Origin: Eledone cirrhosa
Lineage: Eukaryota
Assembly (NCBI GenBank): GCA_964016885.1
Contig: OZ024765.1
Location: forward strand, 15,996,001-16,060,000
Direction: 5' to 3'
DNA: 64,000 nt
Shown: piece after piece, positions 45,730 to 58,907 of the stretch
How positions within the stretch are numbered: the first letter of the stretch is position 1
How the letters are laid out: each line of letters opens with the position of its first letter
Made by a program: the position numbers and the translations under genes
The notes under the pieces: generated by a model
The model's database searches: none
What the model saw: only the letters and a program-made list of their open reading frames with translations
Told to the model about the DNA's origin: nothing

Positions 45730-45760
<31 letters not shown>

Positions 45761-45774
45761 TATATATTATATAT

Positions 45775-45879
<105 letters not shown>

Positions 45880-46048
45880 TATATATATTATATATATTAT
45901 ATATATATATATATTATATATATCATATATATTATATATATATATATATTATATATAATATATATATTATATATATTATATATATTATATATATTATATA
46001 TATATATTATATATATATATATATATTATATATATTATATATATTATA

Positions 46049-46089
<41 letters not shown>

Positions 46090-46093
46090 TATA

Positions 46094-46157
<64 letters not shown>

Positions 46158-46521
46158 CTTTTGCAAGATTTTGATATGAAATCGTGTATCGAAACAAATA
46201 CTGTCATACTTGGGGAGGGTCATAATGTTGTAATAATATTGCCAAAAATAATAATAGAACACACACACTGTTTGGTTGGTTTTCGCTTCTGTATCTGTTA
46301 TATCTCGATAGTTAGTTTATCTGGCAATCGATACAGTCTATCAAAGTTCTTTCGTCACACAACTGTGACATCATGAGTGGGCTATTATGTTTCCTCCCCT
46401 TAAACAATGAGTGTGTTCTGTTATTATTTCTGGCAATATTACAACAATATGACCATCTCCAAGTATATATATATATATATGTAGAAATTACATGAATCAA
46501 AGTTCAGTTTAAATCATTTAT

Positions 46522-46570
46522 TTGCTTACAATTGTTTCCTCCAAACCGAGGTTTGGATTCTTCGGAGCAA
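46522..46570 (-). ncRNA. Type I HHR, variant core CCGAAGA
   Basis: Minus strand: UUGCU-CCGAAGA-A-UCCAAAC(CUCG)GUUUGGA-G-GAAA-CAAUUG-UA-AGCAA. All three helices pair. Confidence 0.8.
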
Positions 46571-47230
46571 CTATTTAGTGATTTTTTTACATACTTGACC
46601 TCCTTTTCAACACAAGAGACATATGAAAACATATGTATATATTGACCCACAGTGGGTTGACATCCATCATAATGATATAGCATGACAATTTACATTCAAA
46701 GGTTAATACTATATATATGTATATATATATTCAATATATAATCACCCACACACTACACTAACGCACCCCCACACTCCTAAATGTAAGAGGCACACGAAAA
46801 GATATGATTCTCCTTTGCTTTCTATAATAGTACATGGGCAAATGAGATTATGTCAATATTTAAATATACACGAATTAATACATAAATACATACATAGATA
46901 CATACATAGATACATACAAGTACAATGCACACATACAACTCAAAACATCCACATCCACACATACAATAACATCCATATCTACACACACACATGCACGAAG
47001 ACATACATACACGTACATACATCTACTTACTTGATGTGTAAATTCCAATAAGAAAGTCTTGTGTCTATCTTAGAAACCGACTCTCTCTCTATTGGCAAAC
47101 ATTTATGAAATTATAAAACCAGAAGAACATACATACATACTTACATACACATGCTTATATACATACATATAATGTTTGTATGAGTATATACACATATATA
47201 TATGTATATATGTGTACATGCATATATATA

Positions 47231-47277
<47 letters not shown>

Positions 47278-47405
47278 ATACGTATGTATATATATATATA
47301 TATAATGTGTGTGTGTCTATAAATATGTATATCTACATATCTATATGTATGTATGTGTATATGTATATATATATATATATATGTATATGTATATGTATGT
47401 ATATG

Positions 47406-47460
<55 letters not shown>

Positions 47461-47489
47461 GTATATATATATGTATATGTATGTATATG

Positions 47490-47636
<147 letters not shown>

Positions 47637-47643
47637 GTATATA

Positions 47644-47682
<39 letters not shown>

Positions 47683-47683
47683 T

Positions 47684-47714
<31 letters not shown>

Positions 47715-47715
47715 T

Positions 47716-47775
<60 letters not shown>

Positions 47776-47783
<8 letters not shown>

Positions 47784-48053
47784 CGTATTTAAGAAAGCCA
47801 CAACAATGCAAAGGGAAATCTCGAGGTAGGAAGTGAAATATAGATAGGAAAAACAGGTGAAAGTGAAAGTTGAGAGAGACAAAGATGAAAACAAAACAAA
47901 GGTAGAAGGGTTACCGTAGTAGAGATTTTAATCCCAATATTTCGGGCTCACGCCCATCAACGGGGGAAAAGTTCCAAAAGGGGGGAAAACAGGCCAAGCG
48001 GAGAAAGTGGTGATGTCGTTAAGACAGGAATGCCGTTATGGGGAGAAAAATAT
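47776..48053 (-). repeat. Inverted partial copy of the pseudo-LTR
   Basis: Reverse complement of ~48773-49049 / ~52223-52500. ATAT overlap at the junction with the direct copy. Confidence 0.93.
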
Positions 48054-49091
48054 CAACACCAACGCATCTTCCTTCCGTAAACATATCCTCAAATGCGGAA
48101 ACCCACAGGGTAGACCCTTGGTCACAGTCCTAGCGACTGAACGCAGCATCGGATCCTTAAGGATAAAGGAAGCACTTGTTATTAAGAACCTCAGACCCCC
48201 ACTTAACAACCGGGCTGAGAGAAATGAGCTGACATGGCTAATTTAACCATAATGACCATTCACAGCCTACGGCCTGCTATATTCACACACACGCACGTAT
48301 ATGCATACCCATACGCATGCACACACACTTCTATATTTTACACGCACACATGTTTTTACAACCTACCACCTTTCACACCCTTTGATTTCCAGCTTCTACA
48401 GCCCACTATCTTTCACACACAAACGCACTCACACATATACATACACAGTTACACACACACATGTATACCCATACGCTTACACACACACACTTCTATATTT
48501 ATACACGCACACATATTTTACAACCTACCACCTTTCACACCCTTTGATTTCCAACTTCTACAGCCCACTATCTTTCACACACACACACACTCACACATAT
48601 ACACACTTACACTTATACACACACAGTCACACACACATATATATTTACATACACATATCTTAAGGCTTTCACACGCTAACGCACCCTCTTGATTTAACCC
48701 ATTTGGCCAGTAGCTTTTGCCACAGCTTATCACGCGCACGCGCATTCTCTCCCTCGTTTAAATTTTAAATATTATTTTTCTCCCCATAACGGCATTCCTG
48801 TCTTAACGACATCACCACTTTCTCCGCTTGGCCTGTTTTCCCCCCTTTTGGAACTTTTCCCCCGTTGATGGGCGTGAGCCCGAAATATTGGGATTAAAAT
48901 CTCTACTACGGTAACCCTTCTACCTTTGTTTTGTTTTCATCTTTGTCTCTCTCAACTTTCACTTTCACCTGTTTTTCCTATCTATATTTCACTTCCTACC
49001 TCGAGATTTCCCTTTGCATTGTTGTGGCTTTCTTAAATACGTATTTTTACACATTTCACAATGCTTCAAGCAAACTTTAACACCCTCTTAT
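48050..49091 (+). repeat. 5' pseudo-LTR (ORF 3' end + UTR + first ~30 nt of the ORF)
   Basis: Nearly identical to 51504-52542; by eye I found one substitution and one 3-bp indel. Confidence 0.95.
48858..48893 (+). ncRNA. Variant minimal HHR in the PLE pseudo-LTR (also 52309-52344 + and 47932-47967 -)
   Basis: UCCC-CCGUUGA-U-GGGC(GUGA)GCCC-GAAA-UA-UU-GGGA; palindromic AAUAUU. Confidence 0.62.
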
Positions 49092-51700
49092 CATTACACC
49101 TGAGCCAGGACTTGTTTGCACCCATAAGGAACCTATTCAGACTATCGGAGAATCGTGCCAAACTCGGTTGCCAAATTACCTTCTTAAAACGCTGCCTAAA
49201 GAACAACATCATTCCAACCACCATCAGGAATATACATCTACCCGAATGTTTACGATCACCATCCTTCGAAAACACCATCCGCCACATTCAACGCACTTTT
49301 ATCAAGAAAATACTACGACACCACCACCACCAACTGCGACTCCATATACAAACGCTTTCTGAGCACTTAGATCGTATAGCTCCAATCCTCACCCCTGACC
49401 ACCAGGTCCAGGAATTACACAAAGCTATAGATCAGTGTTACCACCCCAGAGTCAGATTTGATAAACAGCGCCTTGTACGGAAATACGAATGGACTGTAAA
49501 CAAATACTACATTGACAACATCCGCTCCCACAGACGGACCGACTACAACCACACCAGGGGCAACAGCTGTACAACACCCTCCGCTACACCCCCCAACATC
49601 GATCTACCTACCAACGATGCTTCACACCTCGTTACCGACTTAACCGGTACCCTCACCAACGACGAACTCGAACTTCTGCGCCTCGGACCCAAGTTCATCA
49701 TTACACAGCGTCTCGATGATAGACTGAAACTCGACATCGAAACCAACTTCTGTCGGACAGCTTATCAACTGAAATGGCTAACCGCCATCCAAAACAACAC
49801 CGAGATCGATTACAACCCCACAACCCACCCCACACTCCCCACGTATCACCTCGACAACCCACTCCACCCCCCACCCACCAACCACGAACTTGACACTAAA
49901 CTACTCAGGTTGAAACATTCTATCTCTAACATCCTTTCCCAACACACACACACACACAATAAACGCAACCTCACCAATGCACAATTTAATACTCTCACCA
50001 ACCTAAGATCCAGGAACCTTGTGTACCTTCCCTCTGACAAGGGGAAAGAATTCTGTGTCATCTCGAGAGAGACCTACAACAACTTAGCTCTCCAACATCT
50101 TAATGACCACAGCCTCTACTCGAAAGTCACAGGGACCTCCTCGACTCTAATCGAGGAAGGCATTAACACCATATGGACTAACATCTGTGTCCAACGAAAA
50201 CTGCCAAAGAAGGTAAAAAACAACATAATGACTCGAAACAGCAAATTACCCACCTTCTACCACCTGGTCAAAACACATAAACAAGGACCCGATTTGAAAA
50301 TCAGGCCCATTGTCTCTAGCGTGGAGGGCCCACTCTATAAAATATCGTGGCTGCTCTCCACACTACTGAAACCTTTTCTACACACACTACCAGCCCACGT
50401 CTGCAGCTCAATGGAAGTCTTGGAGCGACTACACCATCTGGCGCCCAACACCAGAAAGGACAACGGTTATGCCTTCAGTCTTGATGTGGTCTCCCTTTAT
50501 ACCTCCGTACCAGCATCCCCAGCTGTCGACCTGTTGACCGAACGAGTCCGAGCATCTAACCTACACTGCTTCGGACTCACACACACGGACATCCACCAAC
50601 TCCTCTCCTTCGTTGTGGATAATGCACTCTTCAATTTCCTCGGCCACACGTACAAACAAATCTCTGGGCTACCTATGGGCTCTAGTCTGTCCGGCATACT
50701 TGCGATCTCGTACATGGACCACCTGGAACGCAAGGCACTCAATACCTGCCAACCCAACGCCGTCGCCTTCTACTCCAGATACGTTGATGATATCCTGATA
50801 CTTACTTCTTCCCGGGAGATGGCGAATGAAATTCACCAAATCTTCAACGATATTGACCAACACATCGATTTCACCATCGAACACCCGGGAGAAGACGGGT
50901 CACTCGCCCTCCTCGACTTCCGTATCAACATCTCGGAACAAGGAGACATAAACACCACTTTCTACCGCAAAGCAGCGTGCAAGGACCTATTTGTGCATTA
51001 TAACTCAGCCCTCCCCAACAACGCTAAGAGAGGCTATGTCCTAAATGAACTGACACGGATCACTAACAGATGCAGCGACCCGATGGGTGGTCTCACCCAT
51101 ACCACGCAATTCCGTAATCTACTCAGATCTAATGGTTATCCCAAGCGACTGATTAACGGAATTAGAGACCCCAGACCCAGTAGACCTACACCCACTAGAA
51201 AACTTAATATTAGCAGGTGCTTCTTTAAAATCCCCCACCTGAGTGAATATACCACGAACGCCATCCGCAGGGCCATACGTACGGAGGGACTTGACATACA
51301 TTTGGCTCACACAGGACCTTCGCTGCGAAGATGCCTCTCCAACAAACCCTACGAGGCAGATAGGACTTGTTCCCTCAGCAACTGCCCGATACGGGGGGCA
51401 GATTGCCTACGCACCTATGTCGTATATAAGATTCAATGCGATAAATGTAACAAGTTTTACATAGGTAGCACCATCCGACCCCTACATGTTCGTATCAAGG
51501 AACATATCAACACCAACGCATCTTCCTTCCGTAAACATATCCTCAAATGCGGAAACCCACAGGGTAGACCCTTGGTCACAGTCCTAGCGACTGAACGCAG
51601 CATCGGATCCTTAAGGATAAAGGAAGCACTTGTTATTAAGAACCTCAGACCCCCACTTAACAACCGGGCTGAGAGAAATGAGCTGACATGGCTAATTTAA
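49061..51700 (+). CDS. PLE polyprotein: reverse transcriptase + C-terminal GIY-YIG endonuclease (879 aa)
   Basis: RT motifs SDKG, KTHK..IRPIVS, FSLDVVSLYTSVP, YKQISGLPMGSSLS, RYVDDIL, LLD, FYRK. Cys-rich linker CSLSNCPIRGADC. Endonuclease VVYKIQCDKCNKFYIGST..R..EH..KEAL..PPLN. No stops. Confidence 0.97.
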   Translation: MLQANFNTLLSLHLSQDLFAPIRNLFRLSENRAKLGCQITFLKRCLKNNIIPTTIRNIHLPECLRSPSFENTIRHIQRTFIKKILRHHHHQLRLHIQTLSEHLDRIAPILTPDHQVQELHKAIDQCYHPRVRFDKQRLVRKYEWTVNKYYIDNIRSHRRTDYNHTRGNSCTTPSATPPNIDLPTNDASHLVTDLTGTLTNDELELLRLGPKFIITQRLDDRLKLDIETNFCRTAYQLKWLTAIQNNTEIDYNPTTHPTLPTYHLDNPLHPPPTNHELDTKLLRLKHSISNILSQHTHTHNKRNLTNAQFNTLTNLRSRNLVYLPSDKGKEFCVISRETYNNLALQHLNDHSLYSKVTGTSSTLIEEGINTIWTNICVQRKLPKKVKNNIMTRNSKLPTFYHLVKTHKQGPDLKIRPIVSSVEGPLYKISWLLSTLLKPFLHTLPAHVCSSMEVLERLHHLAPNTRKDNGYAFSLDVVSLYTSVPASPAVDLLTERVRASNLHCFGLTHTDIHQLLSFVVDNALFNFLGHTYKQISGLPMGSSLSGILAISYMDHLERKALNTCQPNAVAFYSRYVDDILILTSSREMANEIHQIFNDIDQHIDFTIEHPGEDGSLALLDFRINISEQGDINTTFYRKAACKDLFVHYNSALPNNAKRGYVLNELTRITNRCSDPMGGLTHTTQFRNLLRSNGYPKRLINGIRDPRPSRPTPTRKLNISRCFFKIPHLSEYTTNAIRRAIRTEGLDIHLAHTGPSLRRCLSNKPYEADRTCSLSNCPIRGADCLRTYVVYKIQCDKCNKFYIGSTIRPLHVRIKEHINTNASSFRKHILKCGNPQGRPLVTVLATERSIGSLRIKEALVIKNLRPPLNNRAERNELTWLI

Positions 51701-52539
51701 CCATAATGACCATTCACAGCCTACGGCCTGCTATATTCACACACACGCACGTATATGCATACCCATACGCATGCACACACACTTCTATATTTTACACGCA
51801 CACATGTTTTTACAACCTACCACCTTTCACACCCTTTGATTTCCAGCTTCTACAGCCCACTATCTTTCACACACAAACGCACTCACACATATACATACAC
51901 AGTTACACACACACATGTATACCCATACGCTTACACACACACACTTCTATATTTATACACGCACACATATTTTACAACCTACCACCTTTCACACCCTTTG
52001 ATTTCCAACTTCTACAGCCCACTATCTTTCACACACACACACACTCACACATATACACACTTACACTTATACACACACAGTCACACACACATATATATTT
52101 ACATACACATATCTTAAGGCTTTCACACGCTAACGCACCCTCTTGATTTAACCCATTTGGTCAGTAGCTTTTGCCACAGCTTATCACGCGCACGCGCATT
52201 CTCTCCCTCGTTTAAATTTTAAATATTTTTCTCCCCATAACGGCATTCCTGTCTTAACGACATCACCACTTTCTCCGCTTGGCCTGTTTTCCCCCCTTTT
52301 GGAACTTTTCCCCCGTTGATGGGCGTGAGCCCGAAATATTGGGATTAAAATCTCTACTACGGTAACCCTTCTACCTTTGTTTTGTTTTCATCTTTGTCTC
52401 TCTCAACTTTCACTTTCACCTGTTTTTCCTATCTATATTTCACTTCCTACCTCGAGATTTCCCTTTGCATTGTTGTGGCTTTCTTAAATACGTATTTTTA
52501 CACATTTCACAATGCTTCAAGCAAACTTTAACACCCTCT

Positions 52540-52542
<3 letters not shown>
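51504..52542 (+). repeat. 3' pseudo-LTR
   Basis: Direct repeat of 48050-49091; ends after the codons for [10 protein letters not shown] and runs into (TA)n. Confidence 0.95.
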
Positions 52543-52571
<29 letters not shown>

Positions 52572-52883
52572 TATATGTATGTTTATATATATATATATGT
52601 ATGTTCATATATATATATATGTATGTTTATATATATATATATGTATGTTTATATATATATATGTGTTTATATATATATATATGTATGTTTATATATATAT
52701 ATGTATGTATATATATATATATGTATGTTTATATATATATATATATATATGTATGTTTATATATATATATGTATGTTTATATATATATATATGTATGTTT
52801 ATATATATGTATGTTTATATATATATATATGTATGTTTATATATATATATATATGTATGTTTATATATATATATATATATGTT

Positions 52884-52943
<60 letters not shown>

Positions 52944-53184
52944 TACATGTGTGTGTATGTGTAATTCCGTGTGTGACAGAGAGACAAAGAGAGAGAGAGA
53001 GATTGTACATCAATATTTATATACCCACATACATATATATACTCATAAAACTAAATTAGATATAATATAAATACTTATGCACACACATACTTAGATACAT
53101 ACATACATACATACATACACCCATACATACATACATACATACATATATATACACACACTTATATATATATATATAGATATATAT

Positions 53185-53218
<34 letters not shown>

Positions 53219-53232
53219 TCACACATACTTAG

Positions 53233-53265
<33 letters not shown>

Positions 53266-53555
53266 CACACACATATATATATACATAAAACTAAACATAC
53301 ATGGATTAAGCTTCGTATGTCGTGCCGATTTGACCTTTCACAGTCGATTAAACTTGGAGATTGCCGCCGGAAGCTCTGTATAGTCGCTTATTGAAAATGT
53401 GTAGTTATTAATCTCGGCTTATCTCAACGTTAAAGCTAACATAAGATTAAACTGTGTATATATGCATATATATATCTATATATATGTATGTATATGAATA
53501 TGTATATGTATATGTATATGTATGTATGTATGTATATGAATATGTATATGTATAA

Positions 53556-53597
<42 letters not shown>

Positions 53598-53639
53598 ATA
53601 TATATATAAATGTATGTATATGAATATGTATATGAATAA

Positions 53640-53691
<52 letters not shown>

Positions 53692-53871
53692 ATATATAAA
53701 TGTATGTAAAAGAATGTTTTTATGAATATGTATAAATGTATATATATATATATATATGTATATGCATATGTGTTCATGTATTTATGTATGTATGTAATAT
53801 AAGAATATTATTAAGAGTATTTATGTGTGTATGTATGAGTGCATGTGTTTATGTATGTATACATATACATA

Positions 53872-53942
<71 letters not shown>

Positions 53943-54370
53943 AGTAGAATGTATGTATTTATTTTTTGTGTGTATGTATGAGTGTATGCATTTATGTATG
54001 TATGTATGCGAGTACATAGTGTATAAGCATGTGTATGCATATATATATATATATTTATACGTGTGTTTGTGTGTATGACTTCACTGATAAATTCGTTTAG
54101 ATAATAAATAGACAGTGTTGGCAAGTTTCCCCTTTATGTGTATTTCTCTCTCTCTCACTCTCTCTCTCTCTCTATATATATATGTATATATATATATATA
54201 TATATATAGGAACGAGTAGGATCCCGACGGCCGAGCTCAAGCCGTTTCGACGGCTAATTCTGGACTAAATTAGTTCAGAATTAGCCGTTCCTATTACCCA
54301 CTCTACTACCTGAAGTATTGAGTACTTTGATGCGTTATGGTCCACCTGGTTCCCTACCACATTTCCTTCG

Positions 54371-54429
<59 letters not shown>

Positions 54430-54521
54430 CATATATATATATATATATATATCCCTACATATACATATATATATATATATATATATAGACATATCCATAC
54501 GTATACATACATATACATATA

Positions 54522-54582
<61 letters not shown>

Positions 54583-54969
54583 TCACATCCATACATATAC
54601 ACATATATATATATATGTATATATATATTCACATCCATACATATACACATATATATATATATGTATATATATATTCACATCCATACATATACACATACAT
54701 ATATATATGTATATATATATTCACATCCATACATATACACATATATATATATATATGTATATATATATTCACATCCATACATATACACATATATATATAT
54801 ATGTATATATATATTCACATCCATACATATACACATACATATATATAAATATGTATATATATATTCACATCCATACATATACACATACATATATATAAAT
54901 ATGTATATATATATTCACATCCACACATATATACATACATATATATATATGTATATATATATTCACATC

Positions 54970-55000
<31 letters not shown>

Positions 55001-55433
55001 CCATAGATATACACATACATACATATATATATATATATAGACATATCCATACATATATATATATATGTATATTCGCCCTTCCTCTAATTAGTAAGGTGTC
55101 CCTATACCATCGGCCCCGTTGGGCCTCTTCTTTAAATATTCTGGCCTCCATTGTTTTGGACGTTTGCCTGATACAATCGAAAACTGCGGACATCTTCTCT
55201 ACATGTGGTGTTTCGTTGTAATTATAGTGGCAATCCATGGTGTAATGACATGTACAAGGCAGATATAGGGAGAATGAAAGACATACATATATATATATAC
55301 TTATAGGTAGACATATACATACATCTATATATATATTTCTATATGTGTGTGTGTGTATACATATATATATATATATACATATATATACACATACATATAT
55401 ATATACACACACATATATATATATATATATATG

Positions 55434-55465
<32 letters not shown>

Positions 55466-55674
55466 CACACATATGTATATATGTATATATATATATATGT
55501 ATATATATAAATATATATATACACAAACAAATATACATATATACACACATATATATATGTATATATATATATATACACACACATATACATATATACATAC
55601 ATATATATACACACATATATATATACATATATATACAAATATATGTATATATACACACACATATATATATATAT

Positions 55675-55735
<61 letters not shown>

Positions 55736-55762
55736 TATATATATATATATATACATATACAT
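52543..55762. repeat. Series of (TA)n/(TATG)n/(CATA)n tracts with short unique islands
   Basis: Direct reading; includes a TTCACATCCATACATATACAC minisatellite at ~54580-54990. Confidence 0.85.
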
Positions 55763-56234
55763 ATGAAGGTATGTACAGTTAAAATTCTATACATACTTAC
55801 AAACATACAGACGCACACTCCGATATACATATATACACATAACATACATAGATATCGAGAGACCTTATATAAAGATAAACCCATGTAGTATTATACTATA
55901 TAATGGTGAAATAAATATTACTCCGAGTTTCAAAATTTAATTATTTAGTAATTAGAAATACGCCATTGTCAATGTATTTCCTCAATGTAAAATATTTACT
56001 CGCTTGCACAATGGGAACAAAGTTTGATTAAAATATGTGTCTTCCGTTACAACATTAAGGGAAAGGTCTGCAAAATGGCAGATAAAACTTAGAAGACAAT
56101 GATAAGTTACTTCCCTTAGAATTTTGCATTGATAACAGATTGAAAAGTACAATAATCTGAAAAAGAAAGGAAAATATATGAAATTGTTGATGAATATTTA
56201 AAATGTAATATTGAAAAATAAGATAAGAAAGCAG

Positions 56235-56680
56235 GCTGTGGTGCGGCGGCGTGCAGCGGGGAGGTGTGGCATTGTGGCGTGCGGCGGGGTTGTGTAATAT
56301 TGAGGCGAGCGGCGGGGAGGTGTAGTTTTGAGGCGAGCGACGGAGAGGTGTAGTATTGAGGCGTGCGGCGGGGAGATGTACTTTTGAAGCGAGCGACGGG
56401 GAGGTGTAATATTGAGGCGTGCGGCGGGGAGGTGTAGTTTTGAGACGAGCGACGGGGAGGTGTAGTATTGAGGCGTGCGGCGGGGAGGTGTAGTTTTGAG
56501 ACGAGCGACGGGGAGGTGTAGTATTGAGGCGTGCGGCGGGGAGGTGTAGTTTTGAAGCGAGCGACGGGGAGGTGTAGTATATGCGAGCGGCGGCGAGGTG
56601 TAGTATTGAGGCAGGCGGCGATGAGATGTAGTATTGAGGCGTGCGGCGGGGAGTTGTAGTTCTAATGTGAGGCGTGGGAG
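56235..56680. repeat. GC-rich minisatellite, 29-bp unit with a 58-bp dimer
   Basis: GAGGTGTAGTATTGAGGCGTGCGGCGGG alternating with GAGGTGTAGTTTTGAGACGAGCGACGGG. Confidence 0.9.
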
Positions 56681-57008
56681 AGAAAGAGTATTGGTGAGAG
56701 AAAGAAGGTGATGAGAAGAAAAAATCTATAAGAGTTAAAGTTCAGATACAACCTGTTATTAAATGTTAATAGACGGAAAATCTAACACAGACTGACATAT
56801 ATATCTATCTATCTATCTCTCTATATATATATATATATACACACACACATACATATATGCATACATACAGAGATACATACATACTTATATAGATACTTAC
56901 ATATAAACATATATACATATATGTACATATATATCTCTCTATATATATATGTACATACATACATATACATTTATACACAAATTAATACACCCACATTCAC
57001 ATTCCCAC

Positions 57009-57042
<34 letters not shown>

Positions 57043-58085
57043 TTATAAATTTCCGTATATATAGATGTGTGTATGTATTCATGTATATTAACACACACAT
57101 ACACACACACACACACATACACACACACACATATATACAGACATATATATATATATATATACATACATATATACACACACACAGAGGATGATGGAGTGTT
57201 ACTGAAAATATGATGGAAGTAGGTTGATTATTATATATAGACGTCTGGTAGTCATTCATTAAAATATCCATTTACCTTAATGCACACATGTATATAGATA
57301 CTTACAAAGTTGATCACACACAGCGTCTTTAGTTAATCCGTGTTAGAGTTAATATCTAGAGGTTCTAGTGTATTTTTTGTCCTTTTTTCAGCCACATGAA
57401 TTTATAATCTCCATGACAAATTACAGATCATCTAATTTACCTGAAGTAGAAAAGAGTCTACCTCCTAGTAAACAATAATAAACACACACAAACACGTACA
57501 TACACATACATACACACATAAATATACATATATACATACATAAATACACACACATCTATATATATAAAACTGATGTTGTCTGTGTGTGTGTGTGTGTGTG
57601 TCCTCATTTTTGCAAAGTCTATACACATCCACATTTCTACTCCGATTGACTTCAAACTTGCATTTATATATTCCTTGCGGTCTAACGATATTAACTGCAG
57701 CTTTTATTTTTCAATTTTCTGTTGTTAAAGGTGTGTTAGGCGCCAGTTATCCATCTCCGTCGCGCTCGTATAATATCTGTCCGTATGCCTGGCTGTCTGC
57801 ATTACGACATTCTGACGAAAATTGATGACGTATTATGTTCGCTATTTTCCATTCATTGCCAGGGAACGTATTCACGAACCAAAGTATAGTCTTCCTGTTT
57901 TCCTTTGGTTGCAACGTTTTTCGAAATATTTACTTCTGCGTTCACAGATTGATGTCTGTGTATGTTAAATAACAGGGAAATGACGGTGATGGCGAAGGAG
58001 CGATTTGGTCAAATAATACGAATACCAGCAACAACTGATCTGGATTACATAACATTCATTGACATATCTATATATTTATATGCCC

Positions 58086-58160
<75 letters not shown>

Positions 58161-58702
58161 CGGTTGACCACCGAGTCCATTGTCATGATCAAACCGCCAC
58201 CCTCCTTCAAAAACGAAGGAGAGGCGGTGTTCCTTTGTGTGATAGCTATGGCGAAAGAGGTTGTATGGTGTACAAGGTTGAAAGGGCTGAGGTCAGACAC
58301 CTTCCTCTCCGGCCAACAACTGATTCTTTTTTTCAAATATCATTTTGGAAGAAGAATCAGGATGGAGAGAGAGGTGCTGTACCCCAGCAAGTTTTATGAA
58401 AGGTGGGTGAAAGTGGCGAGAATGGCCCGAGTAAATGGGCCTTCTCTCTATATCAGCCTGAAGGTTGAGGAAAAGGAGGAGGAGTGGAAAGGAGTAAAAG
58501 CTCTTCGCACTCCTGGAGATGAGGGTTGCACATTTTTTCGGGGGTATGTGTTACCCATATGAACTATCTCCCCCTATTGGGTAAAATCGACAAATTTTTT
58601 AAATTGCACTTGTGATAACACTTTACACGTTTTTATTGTATGTAAACTTCCCCCTTTGTATTTGTCCCCTTCTTTTGTGCCCTTGTGGCTAATAAAGAAA
58701 CA
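58161..58702 (+). mobile_element. Tx1/L1-clade LINE 3' fragment in (TATC)n
   Basis: LTTESIVMIKPPPSF...MAKEVVWCTR...FFKYHFGRRIRMERE...FYERW. 3' end CCCTTGTGGCTAATAAAGAAA. (TATC)n on both sides. Confidence 0.8.
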
Positions 58703-58754
58703 TATCTATCTATCCATCAATCCAACCGTCCGTCTCTCTGTCTCTCTCTCTCTC

Positions 58755-58877
<123 letters not shown>

Positions 58878-58907
58878 CTGCCCAACTATCTAACTATCTA
58901 TCCATCA

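Larger units (their letters stand above)
47776..52542 (+). mobile_element. Full-length Penelope-like retroelement inserted in (TA)n
   Basis: Inverted 5' segment, direct pseudo-LTRs and an intact RT/GIY-YIG ORF, with (TA)n on both sides. Confidence 0.96.

Noticed and set aside
49066-51663. Short antisense or alternate-frame ORFs inside the PLE
   Set aside because: Shadows of the main ORF with no motifs.
48050-52542. LTR retrotransposon interpretation of the direct repeats
   Set aside because: No gag, protease, RNase H or integrase, and no TG..CA ends. The repeats include ORF ends and the endonuclease is GIY-YIG, so this is a PLE.
55072-55262. Protein-like minus-strand stretch (…[21 protein letters not shown])
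   Set aside because: No convincing splice sites or recognisable domain; may be a transposon fragment.
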